A stretch of 64,000 nucleotides of DNA. It comes from Tubiluchus corallicola (taxonomy: Eukaryota; Animalia; Priapulida). A program made the translations under genes and the position numbers. Position 1 is the stretch's first letter; each line of letters begins with the position of its first letter. Below, in pieces: positions 12,896-60,852 of the stretch. A model generated the notes under the pieces. That model had not been told where the DNA came from. It saw only the letters and a program-made list of their open reading frames with translations, and ran no database searches. Where the stretch lies: assembly GCA_030141605.1 (NCBI GenBank), contig JAQGDQ010000163.1, positions 310,001 to 374,000 of the forward strand, given 5' to 3'.

Positions 12896-15650
12896 AGTCA
12901 TGTTGAATGACTGTCAAGACCTTTTCAGGTATTTGAATAAGATCATTGCATGCGCTCATCATGTAAATAATGTTACCACTTTACAGGTGTTTTAATTTGA
13001 GTATATTATTACATGTACATGTGAAAAATAAAAAAATGTTGACTTATACATTTGTATTTTGGCATTTTGCTTGCTTTTGTCGTCATTTGAAGCACAGTTA
13101 ATAGTAAAGTATAATATTTTCTATATTCTGAAATGTGTTATAACTATGTGTTAATGTTTTTCAAAATACGACTCATTTCATTAGCTGAAAATTACGGAAA
13201 CCACAATCAGTTTGATCTAGACAGTTTTTTGGTTATTTGAAAATTTCATATATTGAACATACAAAACTGTAATTAGAACAAAAATGTTAGCTTAATCACA
13301 CATGTAATTGTAAGTAGTGCAAAGAGCTTAATAACAATTGTACTGACAGATTAGTTTTCTGGTTTTCTTGAATGTAGGTGGCAGCAGTTACCATTAATGG
13401 CTATTATGCAGCTGGTTTTGTTACCAATAATTATCTATGTGCACAAAATACATTGCACTATTCCTTTTATAACTTCTTTTGTATTAAATGATTTTCTTTT
13501 TGTTATAAACTATTTAATTGTAAACAATATGATTATTCTACAGTAAAAGCAGTGTAGCTTTCTCTATGATTATTCCTGGCTGCATTATTTTTACCGCCTC
13601 CTCGCTCCCCAAGCCTAACTCCAGTTACACAATTAGATGAAACATGAAGCCATGCTTCTTGGTTTTGCATTATTTACACCAAACAGCATGGGCTTACTTA
13701 GCTTTGTTTGCACGAGTGTTTCGTTCCAGCTTGGGAAACATCTGTTATTAGATCATAACTATAAAGTTGGTTCGTAGAATACCCACTGAAGAGAAAACGA
13801 AGCACACTGTTGAAAAAGAACACTGAAAATAGAATAACCCCAACATGGTTATAATACTGTTTCTACAGTTTAATCTGTCACTCTAAAAAACACAGCAACA
13901 AAATAACACTTGCATTAGATAGAGTTACAAAAGTAAGAAAACGTTCTGGTAAAAGGATAATTTCACAACGAAAATTTACTAATGAGATTGTGGATTGTTG
14001 TTGATTACACAAGATGCAAGCAGCTAATTAAGGCCATGTTGCCCCTAAGTGAAAGTTAGTGCAAATTGCTGTATACAGAACTGATCACTGCTCATGATCT
14101 TATATCACTGCCAGAGTTTAATGTCGCCTTTAATTCTCTTCATTTCTACAAACTGTTTGTTTAACAATAACTGAATGTATTTTTCCCCTTACTGGCTTTT
14201 GTGTTATCGTTTTTGTGCTACAGACAAGTTACTTTAGATAGTTAACAAAATCTGAAATGTATTTATCTTGTGCTAAATATGCAATGTAACATATATATAG
14301 CAAAATTATGTTATAACAAGATTAGGAGAGTACCGTAAAAGCACAAGATAATAAAAATTATAAAGGATTTAAAAGTTTGTGTAAACAATGTAGCACCTAC
14401 GTAAACAAATAGAAAAAGCTATAACAAAAGCTTGCACTAGAATCAAGTGTTATTGTTGGGTGGGAAACGAAAATGCAATGTAGAATGCCAACAGGGTTTA
14501 CCCGTGGTGACTTTTCAGATTACGGCAATAAGTACTTGGATGTGAGGTCATTGAAGAATTCATGGCTGATTTGTCTTTGAAACTTATTTTTACACAAAAT
14601 ATTATGTAAATAAACAGTTAATGATTTTTCCAGTTCATTTCTAGTACCAGATCTTTGTTTAGAATTTAAAAACTAATCATGCTTTCAAATGAGGTCAACA
14701 ACGCTTGTTCACACAAGAGCAATAGAACAAGCTGTGGTGAGGCCCGGAAGTCATATGTGCACCACATGCTGGCAAGTGATAACGTTAAGAGGCATCAGTT
14801 TGTTATGGCAGTCGTAGGCATGCCACAACTGTAGAAACGACTCGTTTCTTTCATTTTTTACACTTGTGGGCACTTTAGCAAGTTAAATTAGCACCATGAT
14901 GTGTAAAGTTCATGTTCGTATAATTTAGTAAATTAGAGCAGTAATGGATTTAATAAATTTGCAATTAATTAGTATTGTATAAGTTCCTTTGTGTTAATTT
15001 TGATTGCTTTAATTATTATGCAGTTCTCAAACCTGTATATGTTACATTGTTTTTTTGTTTGTATGTATAAATGTGATTTTTTGTTTTGTGTTGCAATGTT
15101 AGAATTTTGTGGGTGTTAAAATCAAGTAGAATTAATTAACGATTGTAGATTTTAAAGTAGACTTAGTAGACACTATTACATTCATCAGGCTTCTGACTGT
15201 GTGTACACAAAAATTTTGTGTATATGTTTGTGTACATTAATTGCAATAAAGAATATTATCTTTATTATTATATTACCACAGAAATCAAACTCCTTACCCT
15301 GTATGACCATGTTTCTTGGGTGCTGAAACACCCCACCTTCTGTCATGAATATTTAATAGTAATTATAAGCATGTTACATTTGTTCAACTTTATAAAAGTT
15401 GGTAGAATGTTAAGTTTTCCAGTTGTTTGATAAAAACTGTGTACTGTATTTGCTGTGGGTGTTAAACAAATGAAGAAAGTTTTTAGGAATTATATGCTGA
15501 CAATTTTTGGTATGAATTCATATGATCAAAATCGTAGTGTCAGCATCGTCAATTAATCAAAACTTCCACAGTTAAATAATAAAACTGTGACTTAACACTA
15601 ATCAAACACCATGCGCAAATAAGAGGTTGGCACAACAGGACTCAGCAGTG

Positions 15651-18600
15651 CTAGAGCTTCTCCCAAAGTATGACTAGCTCCTGATGACTCGTTTGAGGGA
15701 ACATATCTACAGGAACAGCTTTGACTGGTCGAAATGGCTCTCCTTTAAACTTCTTAGATGACGGTCGACTAAGACTGAAATAAAAAATGTGACATATCTC
15801 AATTCTAGTTTACTGCACATAATTTTACCAAATAAAGCAAAAACAACTGCAGTTTTTTGTGTAATGTTTTATACATACATTTTATATTACAGTGAAGCAG
15901 AAAAATACTTTTTTGTTTTCTTAGCTCATAGTTTTTAACGAAATTTTGAATACTTCAACTGTAGATATACATTTCATGTTGTAGTGAAGCAGAAAAACAC
16001 TTTTTTTGTTTTCCTAGCTCATACTTTTTTAATGAAATTTTCACAACTTCACCTGTGATCAGTTCATACACAGAATGAAATGCATGACTACTGTTTGGTC
16101 AGTTCAACCAAAAAAATTTAAAACCAACAACGAAAAAAGAGGGGTCTAAAGCTTAAAATTGTCTCTCCTGAACCACACTATACCACACTCATGTAAATTT
16201 TGTTATTGCTTTGCAGGGAGAGTAGAAAAGCTATTTTTAATGGGCTAGCAGTCTGTCTCAAATTAATTAAGAATGTAATTAAAAACTTAAAAATGTCAAG
16301 AAAATAATATCATTTATCATAATAATCATGTCAATCAGCAAAGCCAGTTAGTAAAAAGCTAATTTGCTTCTATTGTACACTTAAATACAAGTTTTTTAAA
16401 TTAAAAATCATTAAAAGATTTTATTTGCTATAATGAAGCATTACGTTTTTCGTTTTTTTTTCTGAAAAGTTCAAAAAGAGCTAAACAATAATTGTTCGGG
16501 CCATTGACCAGGAATTTTGCAAGCATTATTATTTAGCCTTATTCTATTTTTATAGTTCCATCCTGTATTAACAAAACTAAACAGCAGATGTCCAGGCAAA
16601 CACTGCTGTCAAGTGGTAAAATCAACAATGATTCTGTAGCCCATCGGGGTGGCATACTGTAAGAAAGCTAACACTCACTCCAGAAGGTTTGTCTTGGCTA
16701 GTTTCACGTTGCAAGCCACATAAACCAGACGTCTGACAGCAGGACATCTACGTATTGCCTGTATGACTTTAGGACCTGTAAACAGGACAATGATTTATTG
16801 CACAGCTATTTAAATGTTACAGAAGAAAAAAGCTACTGTATAATATGTCTGGTCATTGCCAAACTGAGGTTCCAGAAAAGAACTTATGTATTGCTGAACC
16901 GGGCTCACTCCATTTTAGCTTCATTTGTTCTTGTGACGTCCCTCCTTTCCTCCATCCTCTCTCTCTCTCTCTCTCTCGCTTTCTATCTCTGTGTGCTCAC
17001 TATTTCTTTCTTTCTCTCAAGGAATAGTTCTTGTGCCCTACCCCTTTATCTTTCTTCCTCTATTAACTCGCTCTTTTTTTCTATTTCTTGCCTTCCTCTG
17101 TATTGCCCAAGGATATTGCAAAATGTAAAAAAAATAAGAAAGAAGTTTAGAAAATTGGTATTACAAACAGCTGAAACTTCTGTTGAACTGAAATGCAGCT
17201 GTAATTTAACTAATAAGAAATTGTTATTTGAACCTAACCATCTTCCACTCATTACTAAAATGAGAAAACACTTACTGCATCCAGCTCGTGGTGGATCTAA
17301 GATTGCAACAATGTTTGGGTGCTTGCTACCACTAAGGTTAGCAACTATTCTAGGCACTTCAAATGCAGCATCACCACAAATGTATTCTACATTACTAATC
17401 CCTGAAAAAATAGCCAGGAAAATGACATCAGCAGCTGTTTATTCAGAGTAGATATAACTTTAAAAATTAGTAAAGTCTCAGATTAAAGCAAAATCATAAA
17501 GTCAAATAATACCACGGGTGTAAAACTCAGCTTTCAAGATCAGTTTTTGCTGATTCAGTTGTGAGCTTTTTCATCATAAAAAATGAAAGCCAAAACATCA
17601 AAACAAGTTTGTTTAAACAATTTCAGCAACAAGCCTTAGCCTTTGGGCAGAATGCACTCTTCCTGTTTTATCGATTAAAACAATTAATTGGTCTCTTTAA
17701 ACGAGCTTACTAATTTGTGACTGTTTAATATGCTCAGCGTTCTTGTGATTGCCGTCTTTGAAATAAAAATGAATACTGTACTCTTAGAAATCTGTGTTTT
17801 ACATACAAGTATAATGAATTGAACATACGAAAACAATTTAAATGTCACACTTATTATTATTTGTAATCACAATTTTTTTTATAATTCACCATATCTCATT
17901 GTACGTTTGACAGTAAAAATTTGCATTGGTTGAGGGATAAGTTTACCACACGTACAGTGCTATTTAGAGATAAGTAAATCACTTAGTAAAGTGGTTTGTC
18001 ATTTTAAATTTTTTAATTTAATTTTGATGGCTTCCGTCAAGGTCTTCCATTGATTGTTTCATAGTTGGTAACAATGTAGGGTAAGTCACATGGTCAGTGT
18101 TCCTCTCAGCAAATAGCGCAAAAATAAACCAAATCAATAAGTGACAATCAGGTTTAGCAACTTTAATTCATGTGTGCTTATACACCTTAAACAGTATATG
18201 TATGATAACTAATACATGCAGCATTTGAGTTTGCCTCCGTACAATATAATGGTCTACAGCAGTTTATTACACTGCAGTAATTACCGTTTATAACATTAGC
18301 ATTGTGGCGAGCATCCTCCACTGCTTCTGGAACGATTTCGAAACCATAAACTTTAACAACTCGCTGTAATGAAAAACATGTGGCATTTTAAAAATATTTG
18401 GAAAGTCGGTACTGACAATGATCCATTTATACCAGTTGTTTGCAAAACATAATCAGAGAGAGAGACAGAGAGAGTACTGTAATTCAAGTGAAATTAGCAA
18501 CAATTTTGCTAACCTTACTAAATTTAATATGAAAGTTGACATTCTTAACATTTTTGCAAAGTAAAAGAAACAGCATGAAAAGGAAAACTAACTTTAGATT

Positions 18601-20514
18601 AATCCAAGCACTATGGTAAGGCTGATGGAGGTCACTATCAGGCTATTTTTAGTATTTCAAAAGCCCTGCATATAAAAAGTGCAAAATGGGACAGGGAGAA
18701 TGACTGATATTTATGCATTCTGTAAAATAAGTATTTTGCAATCCGCACTAAATAAAGGGATCACAAAACTCCTCATACGCATGTTGCATGCACAAATTAT
18801 TAGAATAATCTCACTATACAAAAATAAAATTATCATTTTTCTGTCATGTTAAGGCAACGAAAGAGTAACTACCGAAAGTTAAGGTTGATAAATTTAATTT
18901 TGCTGGTCAATAGCAATAATGTGTTTATTGAAACAGATAAATTAAATTTTTATGTAAATCAGAAAGCTGCATTAGCTGCATGATTGTTCTCCACAATATT
19001 TACCTTTGCTAATGTTTGTCCAATTGTACCAGTACCACAACATATATCCAACACCACGGTTTCAGGTGACAAATTGCACCAATCAGCTACTAGAGTGTAC
19101 AATGTTTCGGCTCCTGGTGTACTGACCTGGAAAAATGAATTTGGCGAAATCTGGAATTTCAACCCCAATAACGTCTCTGTAATGGATAATTGACCATGAA
19201 TGTGCTTCCAAAGAAATCCAGATAACTGGTCAGACTGCCTGAAAGTATTAAAATGGAAGTTGTTTGGTAACAACGACGATTAAAGAAATGGTTAATATGT
19301 TCATTAATTAGGCAGTTCTTATGTCTTGAAATAGGGCTTGAACTGACTTTAATAAAATTATGCAACATCCATTTACACATAAAAAGAGCTACAACTTGAA
19401 ATTTAACTTACTTCCGTGAAGTGAAGGCAACATAAAGTGATGTTACACCTATCCTTGCACCTCCTTTTTCGGTGAAAAATTCTTTTAACAAAGACTGCTC
19501 CTTTTCCTTCTCTTCATCAGTAAGTTGCTGTTCTCTTAAAGAGATGCCAACCAATAACTCTCCCTGTTCAGAGGTACGAACAAGCACGCTCTCCCAGTAA
19601 CCTGTGTAGAGCTGAGAATCAAAACAATCAAGTGGTGATTCTTTAATGTACTCAATTAATACCGTTAACAAATCTTTCACCTTTTTAGGGATGATATCTA
19701 CTTCAAACGGAGGGTAAACTCCTACGGAACCTGATTGATATCTCCCGATACGATAACCAATGGACTTCTCTTTGGTCTTTGGGAGATGACTTATGGTGAA
19801 TTGAAACTTATTGCGGAAACCGGGCAGATTCGGATGTGGAACGATTGGTAACAATTCACAAGGAAGACCTTTGTATTTCTTCCGCTGTAAATTCAACCAG
19901 TATAGACCCTCCTTACTGCTGCCAAAAACATTTTCCATACTTTGAGAAAGTGATTTTAACTCTGACAATACATCCGCCTGTTTTTTCTTCAATTGTTCAT
20001 CATATGGCAGATCTTTATATGGTGTCACACGCTTACACACTTGCTCTGCAAGCGGCAGATTATCATCAGTCTCTTCTAGCTCGCTATCACTAGAGCCACC
20101 ACCGGTTTTCAGTTTCTTCACTTTGGCATCTTCTTCATCTTCTTGCATCCGTTTGATTGTTAGTGGGTCCTGCTTTGCAACAGCTTTCTTTGCTGTTAGC
20201 ACATGACCTTTCCACACGTGATTATTTAGCTTTTCTACTGCCAGGTCCCGTTCTTCCTCACTCCTGAAGGTCGCAAAGCAGAAGTTGGCTCTGTTTATGG
20301 CTTTAACCTTGACAGGAGTCACACCTTGATTGATGATACGCTTTCTAAGCTGAGCAAAGCCATAATGTTTTGGGAGGTTCTTAATTTCTATTTTAAACTT
20401 TTCCGACGTGAAAAGGTCATCTCGCTTTGTATAGGCTAAAGGATCATTGCTAAGATCATCTCCAGCGTTCTCAGCCGACTTGCTGCTTTCGCTGTTAGAG
20501 CTAACTGTTTCCAT
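15651..20514 (-). CDS. TRMT2A: tRNA (uracil-5-)-methyltransferase homolog A; exons 20514-19412, 19238-19004, 18363-18285, 17401-17276, 16775-16679, 15774-15651
   Basis: N-terminal RRM (FKIEIKNLPKHYGF...FCFATF), FQISPNSFFQV, SAM-binding VLDICCGTGTIG, DPPRAG, catalytic YVACN and VDMFPQTSHQE. All introns are GT-AG and phase-consistent. Confidence 0.93.
15891..16056. repeat. imperfect tandem duplication (~72 bp x2) in the last TRMT2A intron
   Basis: agtgaagcagaaaaa.actttttt.gttttc.tagctcata...aaatttt...cttca.ctgt at 15891 and 15983. Confidence 0.85.
16940..17100. repeat. CT-rich low-complexity tract / (CT)n microsatellite
   Basis: ctctctctctctctctctc at ~16957-16977 within a pyrimidine-rich stretch. 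Confidence 0.8.
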
Positions 20515-21289
20515 AGTGATTAGAGGTACCTGTTACATATGGGTTACAAGATCAGCAACGTTTTTTGGAAAAAAGCAAAAATTAAATTTTAAATTTATTA
20601 CACAATAATGGCAAACAATGGCCTGTAACAGGTACTCATAACACATACGTGCACAGCTTACATGATAAGTAATGTTTTCAAAAAAAACAACACTAAATTT
20701 AATTTTTATTACACAGTGACAGCAACAATAGTTGTCTGTAGCAGAGGAGCCTGTAACAAGCAGGTTAGAAGACCAGCAACATTTTCTGAAAAAAATAAAT
20801 GTTATTGTTAGCTTTTATTGTACAATATAGAAGACTTAGCACACGAAAAAGATTTTTCATAGTAAGGACACCACGGCAGCATCTTTAAATGTTTTCAAGA
20901 ACCGTCTGGATAGACATTTTGGAGCGGCCAAATACACCCGGGAAGATCCCCAAGGAATACCTTAGCAGACAGCCCCAAACTTTTTGTCGGAACCACATGC
21001 AAGTCGATGTTCAGTGCGACATGATTTTTTATTTATGTGAAAAATCAAGCACAGCCAATAGCCTATGGAAGAGGACAACGACCGGTAACTGGTAGATTAA
21101 CACCATAAAACACGTTAAAGAAAATTATGCAAGTAGTACCACGCAGTTGTAACCCAGATGAAATGGCTACACACACAAAATGGACATTATAGTAGCTTTA
21201 TAACTAAACAAATTCACAAATACGCAAGCCAATTATACCAATCAAAATTTTCTGGATAAACTGACGCATACTTGAAAGAATACTGAAAT

Positions 21290-21510
21290 TTTGAAGAACA
21301 CCGAGTCAACTCTAACGAAAAACCTAAACCGTACAACAGTTTACTTACGAATACAGTGCTTGCGAATGAAATGCAAAAGCTAGCCCCAAACGCACGATGA
21401 AACGAAAAGACGAGCATGCGCGCAGACCACAGAAACGTTCATCGCCTCGGTAGTAAATCTTTGTAAGACGCAAGTTGCTAACTATATCTATGAGTTATAA
21501 CCATGGTGCC
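21290..21510 (-). promoter_or_regulatory. probable TRMT2A promoter and non-coding first exon
   Basis: Local CpG enrichment; minus-strand donor TC|GTAAGT at ~21348; acceptor ACAG at 20530 just upstream of the ATG; NRF1-like gcatgcgcgca at ~21413. Confidence 0.55.
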
Positions 21511-23053
21511 AAAGGCAAAATGTGAAGCGTAACCCAAATGTCCAAAAACATGAAATTAATGTCAAGCTCTTCTTCGGCAAATTTAAAATAGTTTCGCAGA
21601 AAAACTAATTTTCACCTGATTAATCAGAAAGTGAAAGTTTACATGCAAAGATTTTGTATGCAATTCTTTGCATGAGAATTATTGGCTGTCTCAGACACAA
21701 TGCAAATCAATTACGATAACTTTGTAATTACAGTTATGATATTATCATCTGGCACAATCAAAATTTCACATATGCAAACTAAAAATTTATATAAAATAAT
21801 TTATTTCAGTGTCACACTAGCAGAACATGATATTTAGCAAAAACATTTAAGTTTAAATAATGAGGAGCAGAGTTTAGCAAAAAAGAATATTCATTATGCA
21901 TTTATTAACCTGCAAGTATGTACAAAATAAACAGTTTAAGTACCAAAAGTCATTAGTTATGTCTACAAACTCGGATATTATATCTATACATACACAACCA
22001 TTACTATTAACAAACGAGGCAAAAATATATTGATAACTGTATCAGCATAATTACAATCAAGTCATTAAGCTTAGAATGACTCAAGGGGTTAAGAAACAAA
22101 AACAGTTAGAAAACTAAATTGTCAAATGAAATTGGTTAACATTTAAAATCCAACATCGTAAATCTTTATGACGGACATTGAAAATGCTTCAAAAGCTACA
22201 GCTGTGAAACTAAATTATTAAACAACCACTACTGTATTAGTCAACAAACCTAACTTTAAAAAAAACTTGAGAGGTTAACAAAACATGAAAAACTCAATAA
22301 AGAACCTAAAAAACTTCTGCTTTTTTTCACAAGTTCATAGCTCACACCAACATTAGGCAAAGGAAAATTGCTGCTTCACTAAATACCACTCAAGCAAACG
22401 AAAAATGGTCAAAACATCAGACAAAAATCCCTTGCACTTTTAGTTACACTACTTCTAGATTCTAAGCATCGCTTGTTTCATGACAACATGAACAGTGAGT
22501 GTGTGACTAACACACTAAAAACAATTGGAATAATGTTTTTCTAGATCAGCTAATACTGACGTTCACTCGTGGGTAAAAGCTATGAATTGCTCATAACTTG
22601 CCAATGGCCAAACTATAACACCACAATTTCGTACAGTTATATGGCTACAAAACATAAAAGAACAGTTCAACAACTTTTCCCCAATTACACACTTTCTTGA
22701 GAAAATATTTAACAATGGGAGTATTAGTTTTGTTTGTTTTAAACTGACGAAATTTGCACAAAATCATTATCATCATTATCACTATCATCACCATCATCAC
22801 AATTATTTACATCTTTCTATATAAAAAGATTTTTTTGAATTCACATTCCGTTAATGTAAGCTGTCTCAATTTTTGCAGTTTTGAAGCAGATGAAATACAT
22901 GTATAATAACAAACAAAAGATTTCCAACAAAGCAACACAAAAAACATGTTTAGATTGGCACATTAGTAAGACATTAAAGTTCACTGTTTTATTTTTTATT
23001 TTTCTCAAAAAGTTTTTACAGCAAATGCAATGTTTTAAAAATCCGAATAATCA

Positions 23054-56957
<33,904 letters not shown>

Positions 56958-57341
56958 CTGAAACATGAAAGCAAACAATTTATATTAGTCAATTTATAAT
57001 TCATTATTACATAAAATGATTTTGAAACTGAAAAAACATATGCACCTCTAAGTGAACTAATGCTAACATCAAGCTGAAGTTTCCAAAACCGGCAATTCTT
57101 GCAATCCTGACAAGAATTGTCATAAGCTACAAAATTTCAGCAGCTGCTTGGCAGCTCGCTAGCACACTACAAACAGTTTGTTTATAGATAGAGAAACGAA
57201 GGCAGTTGTTTTCAGCACCTGTAACCAGCACCTATGTAATAACCAGTTTCATATAAGGATACCAGTATGAGATATGCTAAAAATGAAGCATATTGCTAAT
57301 TTCAGCACCGATCATATGAAATTCAATATATGATCTTACAC

Positions 57342-57380
57342 CATATATATATATATTTATATATATATATATATATATAT
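57342..57380. repeat. (AT)n microsatellite
   Basis: atatatatatatatttatatatatatatatatatatat. Confidence 0.9.
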
Positions 57381-58095
57381 GAGTGAAGACACGTGTTCCC
57401 AAAGTTTAATCTAGCTGAATATTCACCCATGTTAGTATCTCATTAAACCTCAAAAGTAGGAAAAGTTGTAAAAAGATTGGATAAAAAAGTTATTTTCACC
57501 ACACCCATCTCCGGTCTCCACTCATCTTAAGATTTCAGAATTATGCTCATTTGTGTAGTAATTTTCAAATCTTAAAAACTATTATATCCACTCCACTGAC
57601 CTAGCAATTTTCACCAGCAATTTGCAATGATTAATAGTTATATATATACATGTTATATATATGATGATGATAATCATTTTTATGAAGCTTTAACCGTACT
57701 ATGAATCAAAAGTGAGAAACTGATGTTAATGGTTTGGCAATTTTTTGTGTAACGTTCTGATGTCTTTATCAGTCTTCTCATTACATTAGCGGCCTAAACT
57801 AATATGTGTCTTTCTACATACGCACAATCTTTTAGTGTTTTGCTCATTTGTCTCTTGGGTCAAGCCACAAATTGTGAGCGTTTTTTGTGTCCCTGAGCTC
57901 CACTTTCCTTTTTTGGCATGGCGGGATAAATGAATTTTTTTTCTAAGGATCATCCAGATATTAATTTGTGGTATTGCAAATGTAAATTGAAATATTATAT
58001 GTAAAGTTTGTAAACTTATAAAATCAAGTTAGGTATCCATTCAAAACACTTGGCATACTGTTTAAGTAATAAAGAATTGCTTCTTTATGTATCAG

Positions 58096-58290
58096 GAATC
58101 TCTGGATTAGTGGAACAGATCAACAAAGTGAAGGCAACGCGAGAGGGATTTCCAATGACCAACCTATATTTGCTAACCGGACTGAACAATCAGCCTGACA
58201 GTGGCGGTAACTGGTGAGCAGTATGAGCACATCTGTAGTAGAAGTGGAAACACCAATAGAATGATGCCTATTGCCATAGAAAGTTTTCAT
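58096..58290 (+). pseudogene. decayed C-type lectin domain exon
   Basis: After an AG it reads NLWISGTDQQSEGN...ISNDQP, then a frameshift, then NQPDSGGN, and later *ND..C (WND motif with TGG>TAG). It parallels exon 3 of the intact lectin (PWIGGTDQHQEGDWRWVSNGLP). Confidence 0.72.
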
Positions 58291-60852
58291 AGAGAGTTCA
58301 AATTAAAACTTACTCTGGCTTACGAAGACACTGTTTTACTTTTGAAACTAATAGGACACATTATAATGTAAGAAAGTTTTTTAGTAATAGAACTGTTTGT
58401 CTGTGGAAGCTTACCTAAGTATATAGCGTTGGCCCCCAGTACAAATGCTTTTAAGGAAAAATATGACAGACACTATCATAATTTGTAAAATAATTAGATA
58501 TCATTAACGGTGACTACAGTAATTAATTTTATAAATATTTTTACGACGTATGATTTTTATATATTGAATTTACACTTTTGTCACACAATAAAATATATGT
58601 AATGTATGTACATAGTCAACATCATCTGAGTCCAAATGCTTCTGTGTACCAACAATTCTCTGTAATATTTTCTTTCTAGATCAGTGGCAACGCACTTGTC
58701 AAATTTTGCTAATAATTTGATTAGATAATTACTAAGTAACTAATAAAAGCTCCATAAAAACATTATATACTTGCAGCGTCGTCTATAATTTGTCTATCAG
58801 TGGTAAAAGGCTGATTTTAAAATGATCATTAGTGAAGACATTAGGTAGTTACAATTCTGATGCATGAATCATAAAGAAGGCTGGGCCACTGAAAACTTAG
58901 CAGTGCAAATCTTATTTATGTCACTCAGTATACTAAAACACTCACTCAACCAGCTAATAACTTACTCAGTCTACCACTACCACTCACATTCATTCACCCA
59001 AACTCCGATAATGATAAATCAAAATCAAGTTGCACCGAAGTTACACATAACATTAACATAACACAATTCACACATAACATTTTACTGAGGAGATCAGTTA
59101 GTCAGTCAGCCTATCAAACTCTCAGTCTCTTAGTCTGTCATTAGTCACTCAGTCTATCACTAACAGCTGGAGTGACAGACAAAGTCACAAAGATCAATGT
59201 AAAGTCAACAATTTCAGCAGTCAGAAAAAGAATGGGCAAATAGTGAGCACACACTGCCACTTCGAAAGGGGGGTGGAAAACAAAAAGACGCAATACCATC
59301 CATAAAAAACTCAGAGGGATGCAGCAAGGAAGAGGAGAATGTTAATTTTAAAAAGTAAGATTAAAAAAATCTTTTAAAAAAGTAAAAGTAAAAAAAATGA
59401 GCTAGAAAGCATGCACAAATGAAATTTTTTTCCACAGACAAATACAATGACATAAAGTATCTGAGTAACTCTAATATCACATAACTGATAATTGGAATGA
59501 CAAATAACAACAGAAAGAGCAAGGTACAGAAGATAATCTCAGTGATAGAGTAAGAGAAGGGTTGCCACTACCCCCACGATTCAGCCCAGAGTCTCAAGAA
59601 ACTCAGCCACAGATCCATAGTTTAGTTGGGCTTTTGAAACATTCTGAAATATCTTGATTTTGACCATTGCAACGAAATCAAGTTAAAAAATACAGAAATA
59701 CAACTCGCATAGTATTGAAACTTTGCACAAGGTTAAGCTAAAAACAGTAGAATCTCTGTTAAAATAATAAGAAACTTATTAAATTAAATTTGGTGTTTAA
59801 TCAAAATTAAATCAAAATTTGTAAGGCCTCCTCTTTAGTTTTCATCCATCTACATTTTTCGCCAGCAAGATTTTAATAATAGACACAGCACGAAAGAGAT
59901 TTAGCGTTAACTCACATAAACTGAAAGCATTTAAAAATTTGATCGCAGAAAATCATCTCCAAAAACCTTAAATAATGTCAGAAATGCATTAAGACCAGAA
60001 AGGAACTCTGTAAACTGATGCACGCTGCTTGCACAAATTTTACACTTCTAAGAATTTTTTAGCTAAAATCAAGAAATTGTTTTCTACTTTGTAGTTTAAG
60101 TTTCTTTGTTTCTGAAAATGGCCTCATAAAAGGTCTGCAATACAGGAAATGTGTCGGTTTCTGGAGTCAGCTTGCAGACCCTTAGCTCATTTTTGACGAT
60201 TGATATCAGTTCGTGACAAAGGGGCAACCGTAAATAAAAGTAAGCACAGAGAAAAAAACTAAGTGCTTATATAAGCATTTCTTAATGCTTAATCCTATGT
60301 TGCTTAATAAAGAAACATAAACATTGTTACTAATAACTATACAGCACTATTTGGAATGCTGACTTTGTTTAGCCAAATGTGATCTAAATAAGAATTAGAA
60401 ATTAAAAATCAGAGCTTAAATGAGTTCTAAACTATTACATCAATGTTCTAAATTATTATTACAACACTGTCATTATTGTAAAACAGTGCTACTCTGCTTT
60501 CAAATCAAAACAATTGATAATTGAGTAATTTCATTGCTACATTTAAAGCGAAAGTGAGACAAACTGCATGAAACAACGAATAAAAAGCCTTAAGGTAGGT
60601 AATTTAACTTTTCGTATGCTGATCTGTTTCCTAGAATTTATTTTCTTATTGAGTATTTAATGATTTGCTTTTATTATAAGCAAAATAAGCCAACAAAAAG
60701 AGACATTATTTAGATGCCATACATATTCGTTTTTTTTCTAATCCGAAACAAATATAAATAATTTCACATTATCAGCATGCGGCACCCTCGCTTTGACACT
60801 TCCTTCCTGATCATTTATTATTATTTTTTGTTTAGCTAAATTCACAATGAAC

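Noticed and set aside
14740-14850. CCGGAAGT ETS motif in a CpG-containing intergenic patch
   Set aside because: Single short motif with no associated gene start; insufficient support
16798-17451. 217-aa plus-strand ORF
   Set aside because: Antisense to a TRMT2A exon and a CT low-complexity tract; no domain
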